Below, in pieces: positions 34,197 to 42,987 of a DNA stretch of 49,502 nucleotides; position 1 is the stretch's first letter, and every line of letters starts with the position of its first letter. The translations under genes and the position numbers were made by a program. The stretch is from a virus: IMG/VR virus record IMGVR_UViG_3300042273_000055; one strand, 5' to 3'. A model generated the notes under the pieces. It saw only the letters and a list, made by a program, of their open reading frames with translations. It was not told the origin of the DNA and ran no database searches.

Positions 34197-35096
34197 TCAT
34201 TGCTCGCTGGCTCCTTGGGTGGGCTTGGCGGCGCGTCGAGATGTTATTACCTCCGACCCGGCATTCCACGCCTGAGAAATCCATGCGTGCGGCGCAGCAC
34301 GCCGATCCAAGGCGTCTGTTGCGGCCTGCAGGACTTTCCATGCGAGTTCTTCACTCTGCTCCGGCTGCGGGGCGGTCTGCGCGACGGGGGCGGCGTACAG
34401 GTCTGTTCCAGGCTCCAGCTTGCAGAGGTGCGCAATGAGCTGCTGCTGCGCGTTCCAGTCTGTGCCCATCCATGTCGCTACCGGCTGCTGCTCGGTCTGC
34501 GCGACGGGGGCGGCGTAGAGTGGGAATGTCCAGTGCGCACAAGCCTTGCGCGACCATGTAAGCCCGCCAGGTGACGGCTTGCGCCTCCCTTCAAGTTCAT
34601 CGACGACCATTGGGTTGATGAAAATGAGCGGCTGCTGCTCGGTCTGCGCGGGGCGTGTGCGCAACGCTTCTTGGATCATGCGCAGATGCTCGTCGCTGGG
34701 CTCGTGACGAAGGTACAAAACAACAGCGCGAGGGTGCCCACTATCCCGGCCTATGCCCGCCAAAGCAGGCCACGCCTTCGCCTCCCGCTCATCCTTCGCC
34801 GGGGCTGGCTTATCGCGCCTTGCGGAGCAGCCAGGGTTATCGCACGGGCCTGGCGAGAAGTCTCCGCAAGCGCTTCGGTCGCAATCAGGCTCTACCGGCT
34901 CGGCCTGCTGGGATAGGGCGTCCTTAATCCGTCCAGCCAGCGTGATCATGGAAAGGTGCAGGCCGCAGCCATCGCCGTAGTGTTCGGCTTGGCAATCGAC
35001 CACCTGCTGCAACAACCCGCGCAGCCTCTCGATCTCAGCCTTCGCAGCCCCCAGCTCAGCGCCGATTCGCCCGGCCGCTTTCAGTGTGTCGTTCAT
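34197..35096 (-). CDS. Hypothetical protein with internal LYAAPVAQT(E/A)(Q/P)QP repeats. An alternative start is at 35108.
   Basis: Long GC3-rich ORF. A 25-nt DNA repeat occurs at 34373-34397 and 34494-34518, with a partial third copy. Confidence 0.6.
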   Translation of the reverse strand: MNDTLKAAGRIGAELGAAKAEIERLRGLLQQVVDCQAEHYGDGCGLHLSMITLAGRIKDALSQQAEPVEPDCDRSACGDFSPGPCDNPGCSARRDKPAPAKDEREAKAWPALAGIGRDSGHPRAVVLYLRHEPSDEHLRMIQEALRTRPAQTEQQPLIFINPMVVDELEGRRKPSPGGLTWSRKACAHWTFPLYAAPVAQTEQQPVATWMGTDWNAQQQLIAHLCKLEPGTDLYAAPVAQTAPQPEQSEELAWKVLQAATDALDRRAAPHAWISQAWNAGSEVITSRRAAKPTQGASEQ

Positions 35097-35126
35097 GCTC
35101 GACTCCATAGTTCCGAATTGTTCAGT

Positions 35127-35363
35127 TCAGCCTGTAAACAGGTCGCTTTGGCTGGCTTGCGCAACTTGCACTGGCGCGGCCTCTGGCTCTCGTGGCGTCG
35201 GGCTATCAATGTGTCCTGCCATAAACAGGCACTTCTCTTCGATACCGTGCTCCCTTTGTGTCGCCGGGTGAACGATGGTCAGGACGCCGCCGAATCCTTG
35301 AGCAATCAGGGCGTGCTCAGCTGCGATCTTGGCCACCTGGTCGTAAGCTTCTTCGCGGGTCAT
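35127..35363 (-). CDS. Hypothetical protein (78 aa)
   Basis: The ATG at 35363 overlaps the upstream TGA. The part of the ORF upstream of that ATG is Arg-rich and looks non-coding. Confidence 0.55.
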   Translation of the reverse strand: MTREEAYDQVAKIAAEHALIAQGFGGVLTIVHPATQREHGIEEKCLFMAGHIDSPTPREPEAAPVQVAQASQSDLFTG

Positions 35364-35764
35364 GTTGGTTGCTCCACAATCTTCGCAAGCGGCAGCCCGC
35401 TCATTGCCAGCGGCTCGTCGTAGCAGACGCCCATCATCTCGGGCCATTTGCGCGGCTCGCCGGGCTGGATGACGCCTTGGTCGTGTGCGCGATCCCATGA
35501 CAAGCGATGCCGGATGACCTGGTACAGATCCCACGCAACGCCATCCTCGCGGCGCTTAGTGGCTTCGGGCATCAGTGTGTTGGCCAGGCGCTGTATCTCG
35601 TGCCTCGTGGCGTGGACCTGCTCCCAGTCGCGCCGGTCGTAGAACCCCGGCAGCCGCTCAATGGCGTGGTCGATCTGGCCGATCTTGATCCGCGCCAGTA
35701 GCTCGCAGGCCTCTTGCAGCTCGGCGGCCTGGCGCTCGGTTACGGTGATGGTGTAGGTGCGCAT
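35360..35764 (-). CDS. Hypothetical protein (134 aa)
   Basis: ATG at 35764 preceded by GGAGG. Confidence 0.6.
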   Translation of the reverse strand: MRTYTITVTERQAAELQEACELLARIKIGQIDHAIERLPGFYDRRDWEQVHATRHEIQRLANTLMPEATKRREDGVAWDLYQVIRHRLSWDRAHDQGVIQPGEPRKWPEMMGVCYDEPLAMSGLPLAKIVEQPT

Positions 35765-35855
35765 GGCGCCTCCTTGTGCGGCTCCGGCGGGCGGCAGCGG
35801 AAACAGGCGCATTGGCCGATCCGCTTGCCGTCCGTGCGGCAGTAGGTTGGTGCGC

Positions 35856-38366
35856 TCATGCCGCCTCGTCGCCGAGAACGCTGAACAGATCGGGCATGGC
35901 CATCTCCTTTTCTGCCGCTTGCAGGTACTGCACGCCGTCAAAGAAGTAGCCGGTGTTCAGCTCGCTGGCGCTACCTTTGCGGCCCTTCATCACGGCGCGA
36001 TAGGGGACGGTCATGAGCCCGCCAAACGGGTCGTGCACCAATTCGCCTGGATTGCTGTAGCGCTCGATCAGCCGGTCAACGATGTCGATCTGCAGGGGGC
36101 AAACGTGGTTTTGCAAACCCTTCTGCGTCTGCTTGCCGTTGAGCGTGATCATCCGGTTCACGTCATGCCACACGTCACTGTCGTGGCTTCCTGGCGCCAG
36201 GCTCATGAAAGTGGACGGCAGTGCGCCGCGGGCCTCCAGTTCCTCGCCGATCTTGATGTGGAACTCGTAGTCGTAGACGTTCTGCAGGCTGTATTCGGTG
36301 AATGCCTTGGCCAGCTTGTCCGGGCCAAGCGTGGCGAGCTCGTCGGCTGTCAGCTGGCGGTTGCCGCTGCTGCGCCAGAACGCGTGCGCATCCACCTGCC
36401 AGCGTGCGCGGGTGTAGTCGGCCTTATCCTTGCGCACCGGCTCGTCGGCATAGCCCTTGGAGCGGTCTGTCTGCGGCTTGCGCAGCAGCAAGATGTACTC
36501 AGGCGAGCCGACACCCATCTTCGTGCCGTCCTTACACTGCTCCGACCAGCCGAGCCGGTAAGTCTGGTTGTTCTCGCGCACTACATCGGTCACGACCGTG
36601 ATCATGCCCATGTAGTCGAAGCCGTGTTTCATGGCGTGGAATGCGGCTTCCATGTGGAACGGGGAAACGGTCGGTGCACCTGCGCCAGTCACGTTGCCGA
36701 ACAGAATGCGATCCTTGACGTGGCAGCAGTACATGCGCCCCGGCTTCAGCACGCGCTTCAGTTCAGGCGTCAGGAAGTCCATCTGCTGCCAAAAGTGATT
36801 GTTGTTCTCGGTGTGCCCGAAGTCGTTGTAGCTGGGCGTGTACTCGTAGTGGTTGGCGAACGGGATGCTGGTGACGATAAGGTCAACGGAGTTTTCCGCC
36901 ATGCTCTGCGCTTCCAGAACGCAGTCATTGTTCGCCACGCGGTAGTTTTCGCCACGCACTTCCAGGCGTTCAACGCCGATGGTGCGCGCCAGAATGTCGG
37001 CCATGCTCAGGTGATTAAGGCCGTGCTCTTTGATGATTGCCGTCATGGTTTCCACCATCTCCGTATGTTGGCGCCACTTATCCATGAGGGTGCGCAGAAC
37101 CTCGCGCTCGGCCTCGGAATGGATGATGTGAATCTCCACCGGCTGCGCCTGTAGAAAGCGCTGGATGCGGTGGATCGCCTGGATGAAATCGTTGAACTTG
37201 AAGCCAATGCCGACAAAGATCGCCTTGTGGCAATGGCGCTGGAAGTTACAGCCGCTGCCGGCTATGACCGGCTTGGCGGAAAGGTACTTGAACTTGCCGT
37301 CGCTGAAATCGACGATGGCCTGTTCGCGGGCGTCCAGGTCTTGCGAGCCGTAGACGCTAACCGCCTCCGGTACCGCTTTCTGGATAGCGTGGCGCTCGTC
37401 TTCGAGGTCATGCCAGAGGATGTAGTGGCTTTCGGGATCGTCGCGCAGGATTTGCGCCATCTTCTCGACGCGCGCTGGCAGGCTGTCGCGCTTTTCGCCG
37501 CTCGCCTGGCTGACTCCTAGGCTGACGTTCTTGAACAACAGCGCCTGGCCGTCCTTTTCTTCGCCGGCCGCGCTGTGGTCGCTCTGCACCTCGTGAAATA
37601 CAACCTCTAGCGGCGGCAGGTCGTAACCCTCGTCACTGAAGCCGAGGTCGGAAGGCCGCTGCAGGAAGATTGCCCAGCTATTCAGCCATAGCCAGAACTC
37701 GCGCTCCTTATGCGGATAGAGCGTCAGGTTGTTGGCCTTGGTGCTGTCGCGCTGGAAGAACCGCGTCAGGGCCTGCCCGGTATCCATGATCCCGAGAAAT
37801 CCGGCGTAGTGGATCAGTTCCTTGTAGCGGTTCGGACTAGGCGTGGCGGTGGCGACGAACCGGTACCGGACGGAGCTGAACAGGTCAAGGAAGGTCTGAT
37901 AGGTCTTACTGCCGAAACTGCGTAGCACGCTCGCCTCGTCAAGGCTGACGGCGGTGAACAGGTTCGGGTCCAGCTTGCCATCACGCACAGACTCATAGTT
38001 GGTCAGGTAAAAATCCTGGCCTTCCTCGAACTCGTCGGCGCTGCGGATGAACTTGAATTCAACGCCAAGCATCAGGCCGTCTCGGCGAAACTCCTGGCGA
38101 ACGCCAAGCGGGCAAACGATCAGCACCTTTCCGCCTGCGCGCTCGTGAACCAGGCGAAGCGTCTCGATCTGCATAACCGACTTACCCAAGCCGAACGCCG
38201 CGAACATGGCGCGATTTCCGCCGCGCACCGCCCATTTTACGATGGCCCGCTGGTGAGGCTTGAGGATTGGATTGATATCGCTGTCTTCGACTTCGAATCC
38301 GCCGAAGTCGGCCAGCTTGATCTTGCCGCGCAGGAAGTCGTGATATGCGGCGATGTTCGGCGTCAT
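35856..38366 (-). CDS. Fusion of an SNF2/DEAD-like helicase and a beta-class N6A/N4C DNA methyltransferase
   Basis: Helicase: AFGLGKS (motif I), LDEASVLRS (II), QAIHRIQR (VI). MTase: DLIVTSIPF (motif IV-like), then VHDPFGGLMT (motif I). ATG at 38366 with a GGAGAAGC RBS. Confidence 0.88.
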   Translation of the reverse strand: MTPNIAAYHDFLRGKIKLADFGGFEVEDSDINPILKPHQRAIVKWAVRGGNRAMFAAFGLGKSVMQIETLRLVHERAGGKVLIVCPLGVRQEFRRDGLMLGVEFKFIRSADEFEEGQDFYLTNYESVRDGKLDPNLFTAVSLDEASVLRSFGSKTYQTFLDLFSSVRYRFVATATPSPNRYKELIHYAGFLGIMDTGQALTRFFQRDSTKANNLTLYPHKEREFWLWLNSWAIFLQRPSDLGFSDEGYDLPPLEVVFHEVQSDHSAAGEEKDGQALLFKNVSLGVSQASGEKRDSLPARVEKMAQILRDDPESHYILWHDLEDERHAIQKAVPEAVSVYGSQDLDAREQAIVDFSDGKFKYLSAKPVIAGSGCNFQRHCHKAIFVGIGFKFNDFIQAIHRIQRFLQAQPVEIHIIHSEAEREVLRTLMDKWRQHTEMVETMTAIIKEHGLNHLSMADILARTIGVERLEVRGENYRVANNDCVLEAQSMAENSVDLIVTSIPFANHYEYTPSYNDFGHTENNNHFWQQMDFLTPELKRVLKPGRMYCCHVKDRILFGNVTGAGAPTVSPFHMEAAFHAMKHGFDYMGMITVVTDVVRENNQTYRLGWSEQCKDGTKMGVGSPEYILLLRKPQTDRSKGYADEPVRKDKADYTRARWQVDAHAFWRSSGNRQLTADELATLGPDKLAKAFTEYSLQNVYDYEFHIKIGEELEARGALPSTFMSLAPGSHDSDVWHDVNRMITLNGKQTQKGLQNHVCPLQIDIVDRLIERYSNPGELVHDPFGGLMTVPYRAVMKGRKGSASELNTGYFFDGVQYLQAAEKEMAMPDLFSVLGDEAA

Positions 38367-38427
38367 GATGCTTCTCCAGGCAATACGCCGCCTGGCCGCG
38401 ATTGCAGCCGGTGGCAAAGTGGTTGGG

Positions 38428-38625
38428 TTATGCGTACCGGGTGCGGTACTGAACGATGTCGCGCACGGTGCTCATGCCGCACCCGTATCGCTTGGCTAGA
38501 GCGGGATAGCCGCCGATTCCGGCTGCGTAGTCGGCACGTATCGCGGCGACCTGGGCGTCAGTGAGCTTGGCGCGCTGATGCCACTCGCCGACGCGATGGC
38601 CGGTGTGGTTGCGCTTTCCGTTCAC
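38428..38625 (-). CDS. Small HTH protein (GTG start)
   Basis: AKLTDAQVAAIRADY...YPALAKRYGCGMSTVRDIV is a Hin/sigma-region-4-like HTH. GTGA overlap with the upstream stop. Confidence 0.55.
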   Translation of the reverse strand: MNGKRNHTGHRVGEWHQRAKLTDAQVAAIRADYAAGIGGYPALAKRYGCGMSTVRDIVQYRTRYA

Positions 38626-39074
38626 GCTGCCACCTCGTGCACCTTCCAAGCCCCGCACGCCTCGAAAATCCGCGCGGCCTGCGCCTCGTCCAGCGACGTG
38701 CCGCCAGGCATGGCTATCCAGCCAGAGCCGACCAGGTGGTTCGGGTTGCAGCCGGCCAACAGCTCCCGGTAACAGTGCTCAAGCACTTCCGAGAGGCTGT
38801 CGGATCGGTAGATTCCTTCAGGCGCAATCTCGGTCGACTTCATGTAGCGCTTGCCCTGTGCGTCTAGGCAGAACGCGCCGATGTAGATAACCCAGCGGTG
38901 CGAGATGTCGCAGAGGGCGCCCATGACCTGCCGGCTTGGCGCGATGGCCCGGACCTCTCGCCAGTCGATCAGATACTGGTCGTCGTTCTCCATGCGCACG
39001 ACGGCGACACGATGCAGGCGCAGCAGCGATCGACTGACCTTTTCAAGCCTGGCCCTGGGTATGTTGCTTTTCAT
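38622..39074 (-). CDS. Hypothetical protein (150 aa)
   Basis: ATGA overlap at 39071-39074. GC3-rich. Confidence 0.6.
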   Translation of the reverse strand: MKSNIPRARLEKVSRSLLRLHRVAVVRMENDDQYLIDWREVRAIAPSRQVMGALCDISHRWVIYIGAFCLDAQGKRYMKSTEIAPEGIYRSDSLSEVLEHCYRELLAGCNPNHLVGSGWIAMPGGTSLDEAQAARIFEACGAWKVHEVAA

Positions 39075-39466
39075 GGCCACACCTCGCGCAGCGCCTCATC
39101 GGTGATGATGCGGCGCACTGATCGCGCGTCGATGCCGATCCGCTCGGCGATCTGCACACTGTTTAGCCCCTGCTTGAGTAGCGGCATGATCGAGTCGATG
39201 TTGCGCTGCCGCTGGGCTCGGTGCTTGTCCGTGTTGCCGCCTGCCCGCTTGTTAGCGGCGCTGCGTTGCGAGCCTCTGCGCCGGCTCGCGTCCTCGGCTG
39301 CACGGTTGCCCTGGTTGTTGTTCCAGGTGCGCTCAGGCATCGGGCGGTACTGGAAGCTTTCGATGATTTGGATGCGCCCGCCTGCATTGAGGAACGCATC
39401 AGTGGCCGCGTTGATTCGCGCGCGCAGAGCCTCGCCCTGCGCTATGGCATGGTTGTCTATGAGCAT
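39071..39466 (-). CDS. Hypothetical protein with a C-terminal HTH
   Basis: LLKQGLNSVQIAERIGIDARSVRRII. Confidence 0.6.
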   Translation of the reverse strand: MLIDNHAIAQGEALRARINAATDAFLNAGGRIQIIESFQYRPMPERTWNNNQGNRAAEDASRRRGSQRSAANKRAGGNTDKHRAQRQRNIDSIMPLLKQGLNSVQIAERIGIDARSVRRIITDEALREVWP

Positions 39467-39510
39467 GGGTGTGTACCGGGGAGGAGGGCGCGCGGGGCGC
39501 CCGGGGTGGA

Positions 39511-39978
39511 TCAGATCAGCAGCGAGCGGGCGCCGCGGTAGGGGTCGGCGAAGGGGATGTCGTCGTCGAAGTTGTCGGCCTGAGCGGGCGCTGCCTGCCG
39601 TTGCTGCGGTGCGGATTGGCGCTGCGGTGCTGCCTGACGCTGTTCCTGCGGCGCTCCGCCGATCAGGCTGATTGCCGACACAGTGCCGACTAGCTTGTTA
39701 CCGCTGCTGCCGTCGCGCTTCTGGAACTCCTCGACGTGCACGTCATCCAGGGTGACGCTGACCCACTGGCCCTTGACGAGATACGGAGCCAGCGCTTCGG
39801 CGCGCTTCGCCCACAGGGTTGCTTGGACCCACTGAGTCGGCTTGCGGCCAGTGGCCGGGTCTTTGCGGCCGTAGTCGCACGGCAGGGCCAGTTCGAGCAC
39901 GGCCTGCGAATTCTGGCCTTGGGTGTAGCGCAGCTCCGGCTCGTTTCCGATGCGTGCTGCGGTGAAAAGCTGGGCCAT
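39511..39978 (-). CDS. ssb: Single-stranded DNA-binding protein with a 12-aa extension after the DDDIPF motif
   Basis: OB-fold N-terminus (GNEPELRYTQ...), a Gln/Pro-rich linker, then DDDIPF followed by ADPYRGARSLLI. Confidence 0.88.
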   Translation of the reverse strand: MAQLFTAARIGNEPELRYTQGQNSQAVLELALPCDYGRKDPATGRKPTQWVQATLWAKRAEALAPYLVKGQWVSVTLDDVHVEEFQKRDGSSGNKLVGTVSAISLIGGAPQEQRQAAPQRQSAPQQRQAAPAQADNFDDDIPFADPYRGARSLLI

Positions 39979-40853
39979 TAACGGCACTCCTTGACTGAAT
40001 AAACAACGGTGGATTTCTTCTTGAATGCCGACAGGTCGGCGCCGGGGGCAAATTGGTCGATTGCTTTGGCGTAGTCATAGCCGCCAGAACGCTCAGACCG
40101 AATCACTTGAACAAGCCGGCCTTTCTGGCTCTGCTCGCCAGCCTCAGCGATGAGCGCCTTCTTGGCTGCCTCAAGCCTGGCGCAAGCCTTGTCGGCTTCT
40201 GCCTTGGCGTCGGCATACTCAGCTTCGAGCGCCGACCATGTGAGGTCTTCGCGGATCAGCGGGATCAGGTGCCGCGCCGACTTCTCTTCGCTGGCGATGG
40301 TTGCCAGATACTCGGCCCGGAACGCCTCAAGGGCCGGCATGTGCTGGAACAGCCAGAACGGATCAGCCTCGACACGCTCAACGATGATTTCACCGTCGCG
40401 CCAGATCACGAAGTCGCACCAGTCGCGCATGGTCACGGCCAGTTGCAGTTGAATCTGCGCGGCGTAGTGCGGCACTTCGGCTAGGGTCGTATAGGTGGCG
40501 CGGAACGGGCATTTCACCTCGATCAGCCCGTCATGGCCAACCAGCCCATCAGGCGATGCCGCCAGCCAATCATGTTCGGCGTGAACATGCAGGCCGGTGG
40601 AGATGACCAGGCACTCGGCCTGATCCTCGTATGCCGCGATGGCTTCCGGTTCGTGCTCATGCCCGAACGCAGTCGCCTCGTTGCCACTGAACTCTGACTC
40701 GGCCCCGTGATACTCGCGAACCATGTCGCGCAGAACGCCATCGGGCGTTTTGTATTTGTCCAGCCCAAGAATCGCGGCGACCCGCGACCCGGTGATGCGG
40801 CCGACCCGTTGCGCGAGCCAGTCATCGCCCTGAAAGGCATTGAGCGAGGTCAT
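39978..40853 (-). CDS. YqaJ/lambda-Exo-like recombination exonuclease
   Basis: WLAQRVGRITGSRVAAILG...; DGL..HDGLIEVKCP motifs. Confidence 0.88.
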   Translation of the reverse strand: MTSLNAFQGDDWLAQRVGRITGSRVAAILGLDKYKTPDGVLRDMVREYHGAESEFSGNEATAFGHEHEPEAIAAYEDQAECLVISTGLHVHAEHDWLAASPDGLVGHDGLIEVKCPFRATYTTLAEVPHYAAQIQLQLAVTMRDWCDFVIWRDGEIIVERVEADPFWLFQHMPALEAFRAEYLATIASEEKSARHLIPLIREDLTWSALEAEYADAKAEADKACARLEAAKKALIAEAGEQSQKGRLVQVIRSERSGGYDYAKAIDQFAPGADLSAFKKKSTVVYSVKECR

Positions 40854-41449
40854 GCGGCCTCCTTCTTCTGCTGTTGCAGATAGGCCAGCGCGCCATTGAA
40901 ACGATCCGCTGTCAGCGCCTCAAGGGCATCCAGCCGCACACTGGCGCACCATGTCGCCTCGTCCAGTTCGGCGGCCTGCAGGGCGGCACGCAGCTCCGCG
41001 GCCTGCTTGGCGCTGATCGCCGGCTTGGCCTGCTTTGGCTGCTGGCGCGGCGCGTGGCCGACTGCGCTGTTAGCGTCGTCATCCTCCTGGGCAATGCCGG
41101 CAACCGCAGCCAGCGAGTAGCGGCGGCAGTAGGTGATGGCGGAGCCAACGCTCTGCGCGTCCAGCTTGCTGATCGGCGCGCTGATAACGCTGCTCATCCA
41201 TTGCCCCGAGCTGTGCATTAGGACTGTCTCGACGCTGACGATGCCCTGCTCATAACTCGGGCATTGCGAGACGGACAGGCCGTGCGAGGCGAATACCGGG
41301 CGAACCGTGTTCAGCACCTCGGCCAGATCGGCATACCGCGATTTGAAGTGCGGGTTGTTGCTCGACTTGCTGGCGTTCTCGATTTCGCCCTGCGCCTTTG
41401 CAAGCGCCGTGGCGAGTTCGTTGATCTGTTCTGACTTGTTCATGCTCAA
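40850..41449 (-). CDS. ERF-family single-strand annealing protein
   Basis: LATALAKAQGEIENASKSSNNPHFKSRYADLAEVLNTVRPVFASHGL is the ERF signature. Confidence 0.85.
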   Translation of the reverse strand: MSMNKSEQINELATALAKAQGEIENASKSSNNPHFKSRYADLAEVLNTVRPVFASHGLSVSQCPSYEQGIVSVETVLMHSSGQWMSSVISAPISKLDAQSVGSAITYCRRYSLAAVAGIAQEDDDANSAVGHAPRQQPKQAKPAISAKQAAELRAALQAAELDEATWCASVRLDALEALTADRFNGALAYLQQQKKEAA

Positions 41450-41598
41450 CCTCCGAGGAAGTAAAAGATCGCCGCCTCACCAATGAGGCCGAAAGCGAGC
41501 GTTGCGGAAAGGACGCCGAAGCCTGAAAGGGTCCACCAAGCAGCTGCGAATGAGTGGCCAGTGGGGGTGTCGTCGTAGTCGATGACTTCGGTTCTCAT
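41446..41598 (-). CDS. Tiny 1-TM peptide (50 aa)
   Basis: ATGA-coupled at both ends. FAAAWWTLSGFGVLSATLAFGLIGEAAIFYF. Confidence 0.45.
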   Translation of the reverse strand: MRTEVIDYDDTPTGHSFAAAWWTLSGFGVLSATLAFGLIGEAAIFYFLGG

Positions 41599-41726
41599 AG
41601 CGGCGCCCCGTTGGTGATTCGATCTGCAAGGCCGTGAGCGAGAGCCCAGCCGGTGAGTAGTGCAAGGGTCACTGCGAAGCCCCGCCACCATGCGTAGCGC
41701 AGGGATCGTTGTCTTTGGCTAGCCAT
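41595..41726 (-). CDS. Tiny 1-TM peptide (43 aa, below the track cutoff)
   Basis: My own translation is MASQRQRSLRYAWWRGFAVTLALLTGWALAHGL... It is coupled to its neighbours. Confidence 0.4.
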   Translation of the reverse strand: MASQRQRSLRYAWWRGFAVTLALLTGWALAHGLADRITNGAPL

Positions 41727-42336
41727 GGGCGGCCTCCTTTGGTGCGCGGCACTCCTCGAGGTAGTCCCACTGGGCTTTGTCGCCTTGGGCCACGAACCAC
41801 TTCAGTTCCCCGTCGCCCTCGTCTCGCACACTTCCGCCGTACTTCGCGCCGTCAAACATGAATTCGCCCGTCATTGTTCGATACGGGTATTTGCCGCGGA
41901 ACGACGTGAACTGGAGGTCTGGCCGAGCCTCGCGTGCGCGCTTTTCGAAGGCCGCAAACTTCGCATTCTGCTCGGCGACCTTAGCGTCGTGGGTTGCCTG
42001 GCAATCCATGCAGCAGAACACGTGCTCGCCGCGGTACACCGGCTCGTGCGGCGTCTCGTTTTCGTCATCGTCCCAGCCATACGAATCCTCACCGACCATA
42101 TCGCCGCAGTTGGTGCAACCGACCCGCCATCCGTTGTCGATGTACGCCTTCGCGGGAATCAGCTTGCCGGCATACTCATCCGCCCATGGCAGGCGCTTAC
42201 ACGACACGCATTGGAAATCGGCACCTATTTCGTCGGCACCCTGACGGCGTGCTGCCACATTTGTTGTGGCGAACTGGATGCTTGAATCTTCAGGAGCGTC
42301 GGTCTCGACGATGAATGCTTTCACTGGCTTATCCAT
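41719..42336 (-). CDS. Cys-rich (zinc-binding?) hypothetical protein
   Basis: CVSC, CTNC and CCMDC motifs. Start at MDKPVKAF. Confidence 0.6.
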   Translation of the reverse strand: MDKPVKAFIVETDAPEDSSIQFATTNVAARRQGADEIGADFQCVSCKRLPWADEYAGKLIPAKAYIDNGWRVGCTNCGDMVGEDSYGWDDDENETPHEPVYRGEHVFCCMDCQATHDAKVAEQNAKFAAFEKRAREARPDLQFTSFRGKYPYRTMTGEFMFDGAKYGGSVRDEGDGELKWFVAQGDKAQWDYLEECRAPKEAAHG

Positions 42337-42440
42337 CACACACCCCCCAATAGCGCCACGTAGGCGAGAGTTCCGATAAGCGATCCGGCTACGGTGATGC
42401 CTAGGGCGCCGGCCAGCTCCTTGAGTACGTAGGCGTTCAT
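42336..42440 (-). CDS. Tiny 1-TM peptide (34 aa, below the track cutoff)
   Basis: My own translation is MNAYVLKELAGALGITVAGSLIGTLAYVALLGGV. ATGA-coupled at both ends. Confidence 0.4.
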   Translation of the reverse strand: MNAYVLKELAGALGITVAGSLIGTLAYVALLGGV

Positions 42441-42631
42441 GGCTGCTCTCCTTGCGCGCCCAAAATGGCGCTGCGAATGAATGCCCACTCCTCATCTGTG
42501 CAGTGCTGCGCGAGGGGCTTGCTTGCTGCCAGCGTGAGGGCTTCGAGGAGGGTGTCGTAATGCTTGGCGAGGACGACCGTTCGGTAGACGGCGCCGACCT
42601 GAACGACGAAGTGGCGTGCGTGATCGCTCAT
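42437..42631 (-). CDS. Hypothetical protein (64 aa)
   Basis: The ATG at 42631 overlaps the upstream TGA. Confidence 0.5.
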   Translation of the reverse strand: MSDHARHFVVQVGAVYRTVVLAKHYDTLLEALTLAASKPLAQHCTDEEWAFIRSAILGAQGEQP

Positions 42632-42987
42632 GCTGCCTCCTGCTTGATCTGCTCTGCGGTGCTGCGCAACTGCGCCGCATGGTGCTCGATGAATTCCGCC
42701 TGCAGCTTGTCGATGCTCCAGACGATCTCGTTCAGGGCCTCGTCTAGCCATTCGTTCGAGTAGCCGATGCGGCTGCGCATGGCGTCCCACTTGCCGGAGC
42801 AGATGGACAGGATCAGCGCCTTGGCCAGCGCGGCCGGCACCTCAAGCTTGTCCTCGCAAAACTCGGCGTAGGCCTGCATGGTTGGTTCGTGGAGGCTGTC
42901 GAGCGCGGCCAGCACCTGCTCTGCCTCGGAAACGCTGTCATCCGGGCACGGCTGTTCGCGGCGCCCTGTGGGTCCGTAGTGCTTCAT
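42628..42987 (-). CDS. Hypothetical protein (119 aa)
   Basis: GC3-rich ORF. It is the first gene after the non-coding spacer. Confidence 0.6.
   Translation of the reverse strand: MKHYGPTGRREQPCPDDSVSEAEQVLAALDSLHEPTMQAYAEFCEDKLEVPAALAKALILSICSGKWDAMRSRIGYSNEWLDEALNEIVWSIDKLQAEFIEHHAAQLRSTAEQIKQEAA

Noticed and set aside
35757-37154. 465-aa ORF on the + strand
   Set aside because: It is entirely antisense to the helicase-methyltransferase gene, which has clear motifs. Its sequence is rich in Ala, Val, Arg and His, as expected for a shadow frame of a GC-rich gene, and it has no RBS context.
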